The notes beneath the pieces are model-generated. The model did no database searches, was not told where the DNA came from, and saw only the letters and a program-made list of their open reading frames with translations. Below, in pieces: positions 36,417-47,126 of a stretch of DNA of 64,000 bases. A program made the translations under genes and the position numbers. The DNA is from a virus, in the IMG/VR virus record IMGVR_UViG_3300017925_000001, positions 1-64,000 of that record; one strand, written 5' to 3'. The number at the start of each line of letters is the position of its first letter. The stretch's first letter is position 1.

Positions 36417-39400
36417 GTGAATTTTCTCAAACGACTCAAAAAGCTTTTATTGCCCTTTGTCCTGCTTACGGCAACCCTAGGGTTTTCCCAAGCAGTGCAG
36501 GGAAATGGTGTGCAGCCAGGAGAAGCACAGAATAGCGAAGTGTCTCTTGATACGCTAAACATTCATTTGGATATTCCTTTGGTGAACAAGAAGGGCATTG
36601 GGTTGCCAACAGCACTTTCCTTGAGCTACAACAGTAATCTGTGGCTCGGAGGCACTTTAACTCACCCAGGAGCTTTTAGGCCAAGTTCTGCTGTGACTCC
36701 CGGTTGGAATACTCCTGTTATTATTGGAGGTTCTTTGCAGTATGAAGTCTTTGACTGCGGAGTTCCGGTGCCACCTCCTGGGCAAGGCAATTATAAGGGA
36801 TACAAGTACACAACCTACACAGACGTGTCTGGTGCGGTGCATCCTTTTACAGAACCCGGAGGGGTACTTTCTCCTGCCGAAGGACTGTGCGCATTGTCTT
36901 CAACAGTAGTGTCAGTAGACGGCAGCGGATTCACGTATAATTTAACCACTCCAGGTCTCAATACGAGCACCGTAGTTGACCCTTCGGGAACAGTACTACA
37001 CCCGATAGGTATCACAACAGACTTAAGTAGCAGCATTGTGGATGTGAATGGAAACGCTGTGTCGTACAGTAGCTCTACTGGGGTGCTTACAGACACTTTT
37101 GGAGTAGCCGAAGTCACAGTTACAGGAACTCCTGCTTCTGGAACGGTTACATATACGTATCCTATATCAACAGGAACAGCAAGCGTTAATGTGCTGTATA
37201 CAGGGTACCGATTAGGAACTTATTTTCAATGTGGAGCGAACGCTCCCGATTGGAGCAGTGACCAGACTTTCTACTTGCCTACTAAGGTGAATCTGCCTGA
37301 TGGGTCTAACTACGCCATGACATATGAGAGTCAAGTGTCAGGTACGGTAACAGGACGACTGGCTTCTATAGTATATCCTAATGGGGCAGCAGTTTCTTAC
37401 GCATATTCAGGACCGAACAATGGAGTAAACTGCGGTGATGGATCAACTGCTGGTTTGACAAAAATTGTCTCGGGGGATGCGACATACTCGTTTACAAGAA
37501 ACACATCTACTTGGCTCACTACTACTGAGATTGATGCTGTAGGGATTGCTAACAACACTGCTGTATATACCTTTGTACAACAGCCAGTTGTTATTACCTT
37601 CGGTTCTTTTTTCATGACAAAGGAAGTAGAGAATCAAGGCTCTAGCACGCCTTTGGTTACCAAGACATATTGCTATCAAGGAACAAGTTGTCCGCAAGCT
37701 TCTGTGGCCCCTAGTTTTCCCATCACTCAAACTGATGTGTATACTACGTTAGCCGGGATGTCCACATCTTCTAGGGTATCCAAAACATTCGACGCATATC
37801 AGAATGTGACCAAAACTGCCTTGTATGACTTCGGGGCTTCTACTCCTACCCGTCAAACGGTGTCTGGACCTTTTGGGTATACCTGGAATGGCAATACTTC
37901 TTCCCCTACTTGCACCACTGCAATAGGCAGTGGGGTCAACGACGTTCCATGCCAAGTACAACTTGAGAATGGAGCTGGAAGCCAGCTTAGAAATGCTTAT
38001 TTCAAATATGACACATCTTCGAACCCTGGCAGTTTGTTAGAATCTGCAGTTCTTACAGGCGGATCTTCTTATTTGATCAGCGCTTATACCTACAACACGA
38101 ATGGTGTACCGTCTACAGTAACAGACGCAGCTGGAAACATTACTAATTTTGCATACAGTTCTAGTGTTTGTAAAAGTGGCAGACCAACATCAATAACAGT
38201 ATGGCCCGTGGCAGGAACTACATCCCTTGTCACTTCATTTCTTTATGATTCTGGGTGCAAAGGGGCTGTAACAACAAAGATTACGGACCCAAATTCAAAA
38301 CCTGTCACCTTGGGATACTCTGACCCATTTTGGAGGCTAACTACCTACACAGACGAGCTGGGGAATACAACAAACAATGCATATCCAATGCAGTCTCCGT
38401 ACACAAGCATAGAAACTACTCTAAATTTTTCTTCCTCAACTGTGGATGTGTATCAGCAATCGTACCCAAATTTAGGGAAAGCTTTAGCACAACAGTTGGA
38501 GTCTCCGACATCTTCTAATTGGGACACTGTTTTATCTGCTTACACATGGAATAGCACTGGTATTTTCAACTCTTCTTCGTTGCCTGTTGTAGGTACGAAA
38601 ACTACTGTTCCTACAAACGTTGTTAATACAACTGTAACCCATGATGCCTTAGGTCGTACATTGGTTACAACGGACGGTGGAGGAGGTACAGTTACCACTG
38701 CGTATACTGGACAGGATGTTTTAAACACCCTGGGTCCGGCACCGGCAGGGGAAGTAGTGAAGCAGGTACAGAAGGAGTATGATGGTCTTGGGCAATTGCT
38801 TTCTACTTGCGAAATATCCAATTCTTCTCAGCCTTTGGCTAGTGCCAAAAACTGTGGACAAGTAAATGGCGGGTATACTGGGTATTTAACCAAATATACA
38901 TACAATGCCGAAGGTACCTTGGCATCAGTGGCTAAGTCATCTAGCGCTGCTACGCAGACACATTCATATACGTATGATAAACTTGGCAGAGTTTTAACTG
39001 AGACACTTCCAGAGAGTGGTACTGTTACCAACACTTATGACGGTACTTGTACAGTCCCTACCAGCGGGTGTGGTCAACTTGTTAGCTCCATAGACGCCAA
39101 CGGCAACACCTCTAGTTATGTCTATGATGGGTTAAATAGGGTAACATCCATTACATACAGCGGACCAAACGCAGACGGCTATAATCAATATTTTGTGTAC
39201 GACAAAGCTGTGGTTGATGGCACAGCAATGGTCAATGCAAAAGGAAGGCTGGCCGAAGCGTACACAGCAACTACAGCTACAGCCAGTAAATATGTGGACG
39301 AAGGTTTTGGGTACACAGCTCGTGGGGAAAGCTCAGACGTGTACGAACTCACACCAAATTTGGGTGGGTACAAGCATACTAAGACTTCCTATTATGCCAA

Positions 39401-41285
39401 CGGTGTGCTTAATTCTATCAGCGGCATACCTGGGGGACCTTGGACTTACAGTGTTGACGGCAAAGGCCGCTTATCTGATTCTACTAACGGTTCCTCTACA
39501 ATACTGACAGCAGGAATAACATACAACGCTGCAGACCAACCTCTAGTTGTTACCTATGGTTCTGGGGATTATGATACTTACACCTATGATCCTCTAACCA
39601 CTCGCATGACTGGGTATGCTTTTACTATAGGGTCTACTCCAGCAACTGATTCTGGAACTTTGATATGGAATGCTAATGGAACCCTTAGGTCGTTAAGTAT
39701 AGCAGATGGGGTGAACAGTGGGGGTTCTCAAACGTGCGCCTATGGAGGAGCTACAGCGCCCGGATATGATTCTATAGGCAGACTTTTATCTGTATCATGT
39801 GGTTATGGTGCTCCTGGCTCTAAGACTCTGACCTATTTGTGGGGTCAAAGTTTCAGTTATGACGTTTTTAACAATCTCACCAAGACGGTACCTGCTGCCC
39901 CTTCTGGGTCGTATGTGTATACGCCCACGACTTGGAACCCGGGGTACAGCTCTAGCACCAATAGGCCGAACGGTACTACATCTGATGCCAATGGTAATTT
40001 GTTGACAGACACCTTTCACACCTACACTTGGAACCAGAATAACAAGATAACAGGCGTGACAGACGCTGGTATATCCGTCAAATATGATGCTTTTGGAAAT
40101 GCAGTAGAGTACTATAATGGTACAACGTATACACAGCCCATTTTAAGTCCTATGGGAAACCTTGGTTTGTGGAGCAAAACTGCTCTGAGCAAGTATAGAG
40201 TTCCACTCCCAGGAGGATCAGAACTAGTTTCTGGCACTGATATATGGCATAGGGACTGGTTGGGGTCGGTGCGTCTTGCATCTAGTCTTACCGGAAGAAA
40301 TTCCGTTAAGGATACAGCGTTTGCTCCTTATGGAGAAACTTACGCCACCTTTGGAAGCGCTACAGATGATATAAACTTCACAGGGGATAATCAGGATTTG
40401 GTGGCAGGAATATTTGATACACCTAACAGAGAGTTGAATCCTGATCAAGGTCGTTGGCTTTCACCAGACCCTTCCAGTTCTGGTTGGAATGCGTACGCGT
40501 ATAGTGATAATCCTTTAGGAGAAGTTGATCCAACTGGTCTGAGTATTCTTGATTGGCTCTTTGGTTCAAAAAACTGTTCCTCATCGACAGGTAAAAGCTG
40601 TAGGTGGAATAACGCCTGGAATGGGGATAATCTCCAATATGCAGGTGCGGGAATATGGCTTGCTCCCGGTAGTGGTACTGTGGGAATTAACTGCGGAGTT
40701 ATCACCGGGTGTGGTCATGGCCTTCATCAAATTACTATAAAGTGGTCAGAGACAAATGGGGGTGCTGGAGACAGTTGGGATAGAAGCTTTATTTCTGAAT
40801 CTGTGGGTGAATTTGAGTGGGATTTGGTTCGTGAAGGGATTTTTTTAGGTGCCGCTAGAGGCACTCCCAGCGGTGATGGAGGTTTAGTAAATGGATCAGT
40901 AGCAATGGCAAGGAACTGGCTTAAACAGCCCACAAAATATGGCACTGTTGCAACCGACATAAACGGTAATCATTGGATTCAATTGGCTATAGAAGATATA
41001 GAAAAAGGAAACCAGTGGGCTCTTGAAAGTCAGATGGTAGTAGACGCTTGGGTTAATGGTAACAAAAACCCAGGTTATTACATTGTGAAACTCACATCTG
41101 AAAACTACATGAATAGGTTGGATGCCTTAGATGCAGAGTATAACCTAAACAAATTTGGGAGAGGTATGCTTGAGGCGGCTCACGCTTTTCCAACTACCCC
41201 AAGACTGAGTATGTATGGAAATATGCCAAAAGATCTAAGGCCAAATATGGAAGACATGTTCAAATACAAGAGAGAGGGGGATTAA
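36417..41285 (+). CDS. RHS/YD-repeat protein with Sec signal peptide and ~247-aa C-terminal domain
   Basis: YD(G/K)LGR repeats; core FTG...GRWLSPDP...NAYAY.DNPL..VDPTGL; N-terminus MNFLKRLKKLLLPFVLLTATLGFSQA. Confidence 0.92.
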   Translation: MNFLKRLKKLLLPFVLLTATLGFSQAVQGNGVQPGEAQNSEVSLDTLNIHLDIPLVNKKGIGLPTALSLSYNSNLWLGGTLTHPGAFRPSSAVTPGWNTPVIIGGSLQYEVFDCGVPVPPPGQGNYKGYKYTTYTDVSGAVHPFTEPGGVLSPAEGLCALSSTVVSVDGSGFTYNLTTPGLNTSTVVDPSGTVLHPIGITTDLSSSIVDVNGNAVSYSSSTGVLTDTFGVAEVTVTGTPASGTVTYTYPISTGTASVNVLYTGYRLGTYFQCGANAPDWSSDQTFYLPTKVNLPDGSNYAMTYESQVSGTVTGRLASIVYPNGAAVSYAYSGPNNGVNCGDGSTAGLTKIVSGDATYSFTRNTSTWLTTTEIDAVGIANNTAVYTFVQQPVVITFGSFFMTKEVENQGSSTPLVTKTYCYQGTSCPQASVAPSFPITQTDVYTTLAGMSTSSRVSKTFDAYQNVTKTALYDFGASTPTRQTVSGPFGYTWNGNTSSPTCTTAIGSGVNDVPCQVQLENGAGSQLRNAYFKYDTSSNPGSLLESAVLTGGSSYLISAYTYNTNGVPSTVTDAAGNITNFAYSSSVCKSGRPTSITVWPVAGTTSLVTSFLYDSGCKGAVTTKITDPNSKPVTLGYSDPFWRLTTYTDELGNTTNNAYPMQSPYTSIETTLNFSSSTVDVYQQSYPNLGKALAQQLESPTSSNWDTVLSAYTWNSTGIFNSSSLPVVGTKTTVPTNVVNTTVTHDALGRTLVTTDGGGGTVTTAYTGQDVLNTLGPAPAGEVVKQVQKEYDGLGQLLSTCEISNSSQPLASAKNCGQVNGGYTGYLTKYTYNAEGTLASVAKSSSAATQTHSYTYDKLGRVLTETLPESGTVTNTYDGTCTVPTSGCGQLVSSIDANGNTSSYVYDGLNRVTSITYSGPNADGYNQYFVYDKAVVDGTAMVNAKGRLAEAYTATTATASKYVDEGFGYTARGESSDVYELTPNLGGYKHTKTSYYANGVLNSISGIPGGPWTYSVDGKGRLSDSTNGSSTILTAGITYNAADQPLVVTYGSGDYDTYTYDPLTTRMTGYAFTIGSTPATDSGTLIWNANGTLRSLSIADGVNSGGSQTCAYGGATAPGYDSIGRLLSVSCGYGAPGSKTLTYLWGQSFSYDVFNNLTKTVPAAPSGSYVYTPTTWNPGYSSSTNRPNGTTSDANGNLLTDTFHTYTWNQNNKITGVTDAGISVKYDAFGNAVEYYNGTTYTQPILSPMGNLGLWSKTALSKYRVPLPGGSELVSGTDIWHRDWLGSVRLASSLTGRNSVKDTAFAPYGETYATFGSATDDINFTGDNQDLVAGIFDTPNRELNPDQGRWLSPDPSSSGWNAYAYSDNPLGEVDPTGLSILDWLFGSKNCSSSTGKSCRWNNAWNGDNLQYAGAGIWLAPGSGTVGINCGVITGCGHGLHQITIKWSETNGGAGDSWDRSFISESVGEFEWDLVREGIFLGAARGTPSGDGGLVNGSVAMARNWLKQPTKYGTVATDINGNHWIQLAIEDIEKGNQWALESQMVVDAWVNGNKNPGYYIVKLTSENYMNRLDALDAEYNLNKFGRGMLEAAHAFPTTPRLSMYGNMPKDLRPNMEDMFKYKREGD

Positions 41286-41293
41286 TAACAAAT

Positions 41294-41530
41294 ATGTCCT
41301 TTACACAGAAGTTCGACAGTTTTTGCAGCGGTTTCAAGGACTACCATGTTCCTTCCTACCTCTTCATGTTCTCGACTGGAGCCATTCTACAATGGCTCCA
41401 TCATCTTGATCCTACTTTCGTGACCTTTACCGCAGCTATTCTGGCAGCTATTACAGGGCACCAGTTTAGTCCTGCCGCAAAAGATCAAAACGATAACAAT
41501 CCTACACCACCTACTCAACCTACCGCATAG
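41294..41530 (+). CDS. Small 2-TM membrane protein (holin-like or immunity)
   Basis: Two hydrophobic segments. Confidence 0.65.
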   Translation: MSFTQKFDSFCSGFKDYHVPSYLFMFSTGAILQWLHHLDPTFVTFTAAILAAITGHQFSPAAKDQNDNNPTPPTQPTA

Positions 41531-41539
41531 AGGACGACG

Positions 41540-42118
41540 ATGCCAATTACATATTTGTATCCTGAGAACCCTGTCAGTCCAAACTGTGGGTTTGCCTTGT
41601 GGGCCATGGCAGTCAACATGGCCAACAATTTTCTAAAAATTGACACCATCCTTGGCGGTGATGCAATCGCGCAGTCGTTTAATGGGCGTACGGGAGACGT
41701 TTTCCCAGATACCAACGACTACAGCTTCAACCAAATATCTGGTACGTTGGGTTTGGGACAGATACCTGCAGATGGTACTGATCAGACTTTTCTTCGAGGC
41801 GATGGCAGCTGGTCTGTTCCCTTGCGTATGACAACTACGCAAGCCGGGGATTATCAGCCTCTCAACACGGATGAAACTATTTTCTGCAACGGTTCTGGAC
41901 CCCAAACCATAACTCTTTTGACTGACGATACAATTTATGTAGGCAAAAGGTATTATGTAAAACTCATCGGAACCGGCTCGGCTACAGTCTTGACTTCCAG
42001 CACAGAGATGAGCGGTTCCATACCACTGACTACAGCTCCTGGTGCGTCTACTGTGGGCGGGCATCTCAATATACAGTGGGATGGCTACAATTGGTGGCTG
42101 TTGAGCTACACTGCCTAG
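41540..42118 (+). CDS. Fibre-like virion protein
   Basis: NPVSPN..LW..NF..ID N-terminus; SFNGRTG; FLRGDGSW. Confidence 0.7.
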   Translation: MPITYLYPENPVSPNCGFALWAMAVNMANNFLKIDTILGGDAIAQSFNGRTGDVFPDTNDYSFNQISGTLGLGQIPADGTDQTFLRGDGSWSVPLRMTTTQAGDYQPLNTDETIFCNGSGPQTITLLTDDTIYVGKRYYVKLIGTGSATVLTSSTEMSGSIPLTTAPGASTVGGHLNIQWDGYNWWLLSYTA

Positions 42119-42127
42119 GAGTATGCT

Positions 42128-42388
42128 ATGCGAGAACGCTTGTTTGCCTTTATACGCAGTACATTTTCTGAGCCAGATGGAACAGGCTCAGCGAGCAGAG
42201 TTTTAGCGGGATGCACCGTGGCGTCATGTTTGATCTGGGTTTCCTTCATAGTTTTTACGAAACACATCATCCCAGATCTCGGCGGGGCATCCCTGTTCGT
42301 TACGAGCGGTTTTTCAGGGTACGGCGTAAATAGGCTTTCCCGGGCATTTGGAGAAGATCATGACAAGGATCATCAGCAGACTAGCTAG
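42128..42388 (+). CDS. Holin-like 2-TM protein
   Basis: FSEPDGTGSASRV plus two TM segments. Confidence 0.6.
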   Translation: MRERLFAFIRSTFSEPDGTGSASRVLAGCTVASCLIWVSFIVFTKHIIPDLGGASLFVTSGFSGYGVNRLSRAFGEDHDKDHQQTS

Positions 42389-43079
42389 GAAGGCCCCCAG
42401 CTTGCCCCCTGTATCCACCTTGCCTACCATCGTGGTCCCTAGCCGCTACCCAGACATCTTTGAGGCTTGCCGCAGTTCCCTAGCTCAGTTTGCCCCTAGC
42501 GCCCCCAAGATTCTGGTGCGTGACGGAGATGCCATAGGGCAACCAGAGGGCTGGAAGGTCATCCAGGGGCCTCCAGGGGACTTCTGCTATTCGCATAATG
42601 TGAACCTTGGAATCCAAGCATGCTCTGGAGACGTTCTGCTGTGTAATGATGATGTAAAATTTACACAGTCAGGTACTTTGGAGTCTTTGGCGGGCATTTT
42701 TGCCCTTCGGCCTGACGTTGGAATCCTGTCTCCTAGTGTGGATGGCGTGGCGAACGGGGTTTCTGCTAGGGAAGCCATTCAGGAAACCAAGGGGTACCTG
42801 AGCTTTGTCTGTGTATTGATCCGAAGGGCCGTGATCGACAAAGTAGGGCTGTTGGATGAACGCTACACAGCCTACGGATCTGAAGACGTTGACATGTGCC
42901 GTAGAGCACAGATGGCAGGCTTTACGCTTGCCACTACTTCCTTAGTTACAGTAGAGCACAAGCACGCAAGTTCTTCATACAAACGAGAAGAAGGCTTGGA
43001 GCAGAAGCGGGCAGAGTCGGCACGAATCTACCTTGAAAAGTGGGGAAAAGGAACACCGGGGCATTATGCCGACGAATAG
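42360..43079 (+). CDS. Glycosyltransferase family 2
   Basis: NLG...LLCNDD...GLLDERY..YGSEDVD. Confidence 0.88.
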   Translation: MTRIISRLARKAPSLPPVSTLPTIVVPSRYPDIFEACRSSLAQFAPSAPKILVRDGDAIGQPEGWKVIQGPPGDFCYSHNVNLGIQACSGDVLLCNDDVKFTQSGTLESLAGIFALRPDVGILSPSVDGVANGVSAREAIQETKGYLSFVCVLIRRAVIDKVGLLDERYTAYGSEDVDMCRRAQMAGFTLATTSLVTVEHKHASSSYKREEGLEQKRAESARIYLEKWGKGTPGHYADE

Positions 43080-44034
43080 AAGATTTTTGCGGAGACCTGC
43101 AGGGTTAAAACCTCAAGTTCCCGTGGCGACATTTCCAGATTGGTGGGCAACGCAGCAACACGCCCTGCATGAAGGTTTTGCATATTGCATTACGAACTGC
43201 TCAAATCCAAAGCATGTGCAAGAGTTAATTGAAGACCTTGTGCGTAAAACCACTGCCCCCTACGAAATTGTGCTTTGGGTTGAGTCTTTGGCTGCTGATT
43301 TTGAACGATTCTTGGCACACCAGATTTGGGCAGGAGTCCCAATCTTTGTAGCCGAGCGCAGCCTCCCGAAAAGCACTATTATTCGAGAACTCTTCCCGTT
43401 TTGCCAACGCAGCTGGGTTATGCAGATTGATTGCGACACTCCCAAAATGGTGGAAGGTTACAACCCCAAGGTTTCTATAATTATTCCCACGTACAAGAGG
43501 CAGCATGTGCTTCTGCGTACGATCAAATCTATTTTGGAACAGTCGTACTCAAATTGGGAACTGATCATAGTGAACAATGAGGTAGGGGGAGTACTTCCTG
43601 GGCTGCCCAATGACTCCCGAATATTTGTCTACAACCACCATGGGGAAGCCAACGCATGCTATGCCAGAAATATGGGCGTAGGGCATGCCACGGGTGACCT
43701 AGTAAACTTCTTTGATGACGATGACGAGATGCTGCCGGGATACCTAGAGAAGATGGCAGCACCTTTCTCAGACCCCAAGGTTATGGTAGTGCGTTGTGGC
43801 ATGCTTTGTACCTTCGGGGCCTGTGACTTTAGTTATTCCACGCAGGAAGCGTGGTTGCGTAGGGCGTACGCCACACCGACGTGGCAAAAAGGATCTCTTG
43901 TTCACGATCAGGTTTATTATCGGAGCATGATTGAAAGAAATGGTTGGAAGAAAGAGAATATCCTTCAGCTTGGTGAAGTCCTTGTGAAGGCATATACGGA
44001 ACCCAGCGGAGGTATCAGGGCTGGTGGGTATTAG
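43066..44034 (+). CDS. Glycosyltransferase family 2
   Basis: PKVSIIIPTYKR...WELIIV...ARNMG...FFDDDD. Confidence 0.9.
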   Translation: MPTNRRFLRRPAGLKPQVPVATFPDWWATQQHALHEGFAYCITNCSNPKHVQELIEDLVRKTTAPYEIVLWVESLAADFERFLAHQIWAGVPIFVAERSLPKSTIIRELFPFCQRSWVMQIDCDTPKMVEGYNPKVSIIIPTYKRQHVLLRTIKSILEQSYSNWELIIVNNEVGGVLPGLPNDSRIFVYNHHGEANACYARNMGVGHATGDLVNFFDDDDEMLPGYLEKMAAPFSDPKVMVVRCGMLCTFGACDFSYSTQEAWLRRAYATPTWQKGSLVHDQVYYRSMIERNGWKKENILQLGEVLVKAYTEPSGGIRAGGY

Positions 44035-44043
44035 GAGGACTCA

Positions 44044-44901
44044 GTGAAAATCTACGTGCTCGGTGGCTCAGGGATGCTTGGAAGAGCGTTTATACAGCAT
44101 TTTGGTGAGCGTCATGACTTGGGTTTGCCTGGGGTGACTAATCCCCGTGTGGATGTTACTAACTTTGAAGAAGTGGCCAGAGATATCCGAAGGTTTGATC
44201 CTTGCTCCATTGTAAATTTCGCAGCTATCTGCGATATGGAAAAATGTGAAAAGGACCCCTCTTTGGCTTTGAAAGTTCATGCCCTAGGTTCGGCTAACGT
44301 AGCGCTTATAGCAAATCGGGCGAACGCAGAGTACATGTATATCAGCAGCGCTTGCGCATTTGATGGTAAAAAACAGTGGTATTCAGATACAGATGCAACC
44401 TCTCCCATATCAGTGTACGGCAAGACGAAGATGTTTGGAGAAGAGATCGCAAGGTCCATCCCAAAGCATTACGTGGTGCGTACCGAATGGTGTTTCGGAG
44501 GAGGACCAAAGCACGACACAAAATTTATTGGAAAGCTCTATCGTCAAATAGCCTCGGGGCAATCAGAGATCAGCGCAGTGCAAGACAAATATGGCTCCCT
44601 TTCTTATTTGCCCGACTTCTGCAAAGGAGTGGAGAAGCTTCTGGAGAGTAGGCAGTACGGTACCTACCACATCACCTGTGAAGGCTCAGCATCACGGTAC
44701 GAGGTAGCCAAAGAGTTTGTACGTTTGCTGGGTGTGGGTGTTCAAGTGAAAGCTGTGGATTCCTCCGCATTTGCTGGGGATTACTTTGCTCCCAGACCTG
44801 TTAGTGAGAGATTGGTGAACAGCTTGGTACCGGGGTTCTCAGCTAGAACGTGGCAGGAATGCCTCGCTGAGTACAGTAAGGAATTTTTGCATGGATGCTA
44901 A
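44044..44901 (+). CDS. rmlD: dTDP-4-dehydrorhamnose reductase-like SDR
   Basis: GGSGMLG, YISS..FDG, YGKTK..GE, APRP. Confidence 0.9.
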   Translation: MKIYVLGGSGMLGRAFIQHFGERHDLGLPGVTNPRVDVTNFEEVARDIRRFDPCSIVNFAAICDMEKCEKDPSLALKVHALGSANVALIANRANAEYMYISSACAFDGKKQWYSDTDATSPISVYGKTKMFGEEIARSIPKHYVVRTEWCFGGGPKHDTKFIGKLYRQIASGQSEISAVQDKYGSLSYLPDFCKGVEKLLESRQYGTYHITCEGSASRYEVAKEFVRLLGVGVQVKAVDSSAFAGDYFAPRPVSERLVNSLVPGFSARTWQECLAEYSKEFLHGC

Positions 44902-45790
44902 GGACGACCTAATTCTCGGGGTTTTCGCTAACTATTCGTTCTCGTGGTTGGAAGCCTACATGGTATCCATTACCCGCAGCAAGTTCAGAGGACGAAAAGT
45001 TCTCATTGTGTGGAACATCGAATCAGAGGTTAGAAAAAAGCTAATCGAGTATGGTTTTGAACTTGTAGAAGTTCCACCACAAACAAAAAACGAAGTGGTG
45101 TTTGCTGCTGATTTCTTTCGTGTTCGGGACAGACTAGCCTATGAGTTTTTGAAGGAACACTACCAAGAATTTCGGTTCGTTTTTTGGATGGACATACGCG
45201 ACCTTGTGTTTCAGTCAGACCCTTCCGTGTGGATGGAGAAGAACCTGGGATCGAGCAGGATTGTTGTGGCTTCTGAGTGCATACGTATTAAGGACGAGCA
45301 ATGTAACGACGGGTGGGTAAAAGCAATTTTTGATCCTGCTACGTACCTTCGCATTAGAGAGCATGAAGTTCTCAATGCAGGAACTTTTGCAGGTTATGCA
45401 GAAAACATGCGGGATGTGTTCTTTCGGCTTTGCGAGATTGCTGACCACACTACAGAGGTGGCTGAACAGGCCGCTTTGAACTTTGTACTGCGGGAACCTG
45501 AGTTTGAAAGCGTCACGAAGATCCCTAGGATGTCCGAAGGCTTCGCTGCGGTTGGTTATGGTTTCGGCAATGAGTTGGAGCATGTGTGGACGGATCAAGT
45601 CCCGGTACTGAATAAAGAAACGGGCATGCTTTACCCTCAAGGTAAGATCGAACCATTCGCCATTGTACATCAGTATGATAGACATCCACAGTGGAAGCCT
45701 GTTATATCCTCACACTACACTGTGGGCAAGGTTCCTCCACCCCCAAGACCACTAAGGAATCCAAGGTTTTCAAGGAGATTACCAAGATGA
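44891..45790 (+). CDS. Putative GT-A fold glycosyltransferase
   Basis: DIRDLVFQSDP, LNAG, EQAALN, IVHQYDR. Confidence 0.75.
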   Translation: MDAKDDLILGVFANYSFSWLEAYMVSITRSKFRGRKVLIVWNIESEVRKKLIEYGFELVEVPPQTKNEVVFAADFFRVRDRLAYEFLKEHYQEFRFVFWMDIRDLVFQSDPSVWMEKNLGSSRIVVASECIRIKDEQCNDGWVKAIFDPATYLRIREHEVLNAGTFAGYAENMRDVFFRLCEIADHTTEVAEQAALNFVLREPEFESVTKIPRMSEGFAAVGYGFGNELEHVWTDQVPVLNKETGMLYPQGKIEPFAIVHQYDRHPQWKPVISSHYTVGKVPPPPRPLRNPRFSRRLPR

Positions 45791-46488
45791 ACAAAACTCT
45801 TCTGGCCTTGATTACCTGTCACACACGACAGGCATACGCACAAGCACAGCGCGAGACGTGGATACCGAAGATCCCTGCAGGGTTGGACTACAAGTTTTTC
45901 CTGGGGCCTTCTGAGCGTACTCCTGGGCCAGATGAAGTGTTTCTGGAGTGTGATGATTCGTATTCAGGCCTACCCTCCAAAATAAGGGCGGCATGTCGTT
46001 GGGTATATGACCAAGGCTACGAGTTTTTGGCTAAAATTGACGACGATGTTCTTTTGAAAGCAAGCTCATTCTTAGGTTCTGGTTTTCAAAACTACGACTT
46101 CTCAGGGCATACCAATAATGATAACACAGCTGTGAAGGTTCCGTGGGGTTTTTTATACTTGCTCAGTCGGAAGTCCATGGAGATTATGGCGAACGCTCAG
46201 CTTCCACAAGGGTTCAATGATGAAGCTTGGTGCGCGAATACATTGGCTGCACATGGTATACTTCTACACCATGAGCCACGTTATGTGTTGCATCGTGGTA
46301 GACGTTCTGATTTTATACCAACTTTCAAGCGTCCCCTAAGGGCACCTACGAGGCCACACCTTATGGACGAGGAAACCCCTAGGAATGCCATAGCAACGTG
46401 CATCTTCCTTCACTGGCATGGTTACCACAATACACCAGATTCAGTGAACATCAGAGAAATGTACAAAGTGTTCAAGGAAACCCAATGA
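45787..46488 (+). CDS. GT31 (galactosyltransferase/fringe-like) glycosyltransferase
   Basis: RETW, DSYSGLPSK, KIDDD, YLLSR. Confidence 0.8.
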   Translation: MNKTLLALITCHTRQAYAQAQRETWIPKIPAGLDYKFFLGPSERTPGPDEVFLECDDSYSGLPSKIRAACRWVYDQGYEFLAKIDDDVLLKASSFLGSGFQNYDFSGHTNNDNTAVKVPWGFLYLLSRKSMEIMANAQLPQGFNDEAWCANTLAAHGILLHHEPRYVLHRGRRSDFIPTFKRPLRAPTRPHLMDEETPRNAIATCIFLHWHGYHNTPDSVNIREMYKVFKETQ

Positions 46489-46640
46489 CACGCGTAGAAA
46501 TACTCAGGGCAGCTGCGAAGAAATTTGAAGACTCTCGGGCCGTTCCAAAGGTTTACCCTAAAGTAGACACAGTAGGGATCAGGAAGTTCTGGGAAGGCCG
46601 AAGTAAGCTTGTTTTGGAATGGCGTAAGAAAAACAAATAG
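46485..46640 (+). CDS. Small basic hypothetical protein
   Basis: ATGA coupling. Confidence 0.55.
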   Translation: MTRVEILRAAAKKFEDSRAVPKVYPKVDTVGIRKFWEGRSKLVLEWRKKNK

Positions 46641-46741
46641 GTTCTTTCTGCTACTGCAGAAGAAGATGTAAACTTAAACTGTTAAAGCATCCGATAGTTA
46701 GGACAAGAAACCTAACGAGGCGGGGAGAAAAGAGAACAAAT

Positions 46742-47116
46742 ATGTCAAGTGTAGTGAGTCAAGCGATTCTAGATCCTGCCACAACTTTGTTATTCCCAGA
46801 TATTACAGGCGGCTCGATAGGCGCTTACTTCAATGTAACGTTTACCGCAGGAACTTATACTTCCGGTGGCGTACCTGTAGGCCTTATGGCTTGGGCAGAC
46901 CAGCAAACAATAGATTTTCATTGTTTCTTAATCTGTGCCTTTTACAATGAAAGTTATGATGGAGCATCTCCTGTCTATACGTTCCGTTATATTCCCACAA
47001 CTGACACCGTGGTTATTTATTCTAGCGGAGTTGAACTTGCCAGCGGGGCTGCAGTTGCCATTACGGATTCCGTGATTGCTCACGCAGTCTTCAACCGCAC
47101 TACGACTCTTGGATAA
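46742..47116 (+). CDS. Virion protein (possible decoration)
   Basis: YTSGG...ELASG pattern, beta-rich. Confidence 0.65.
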   Translation: MSSVVSQAILDPATTLLFPDITGGSIGAYFNVTFTAGTYTSGGVPVGLMAWADQQTIDFHCFLICAFYNESYDGASPVYTFRYIPTTDTVVIYSSGVELASGAAVAITDSVIAHAVFNRTTTLG

Positions 47117-47126
47117 GGAGAAAATC

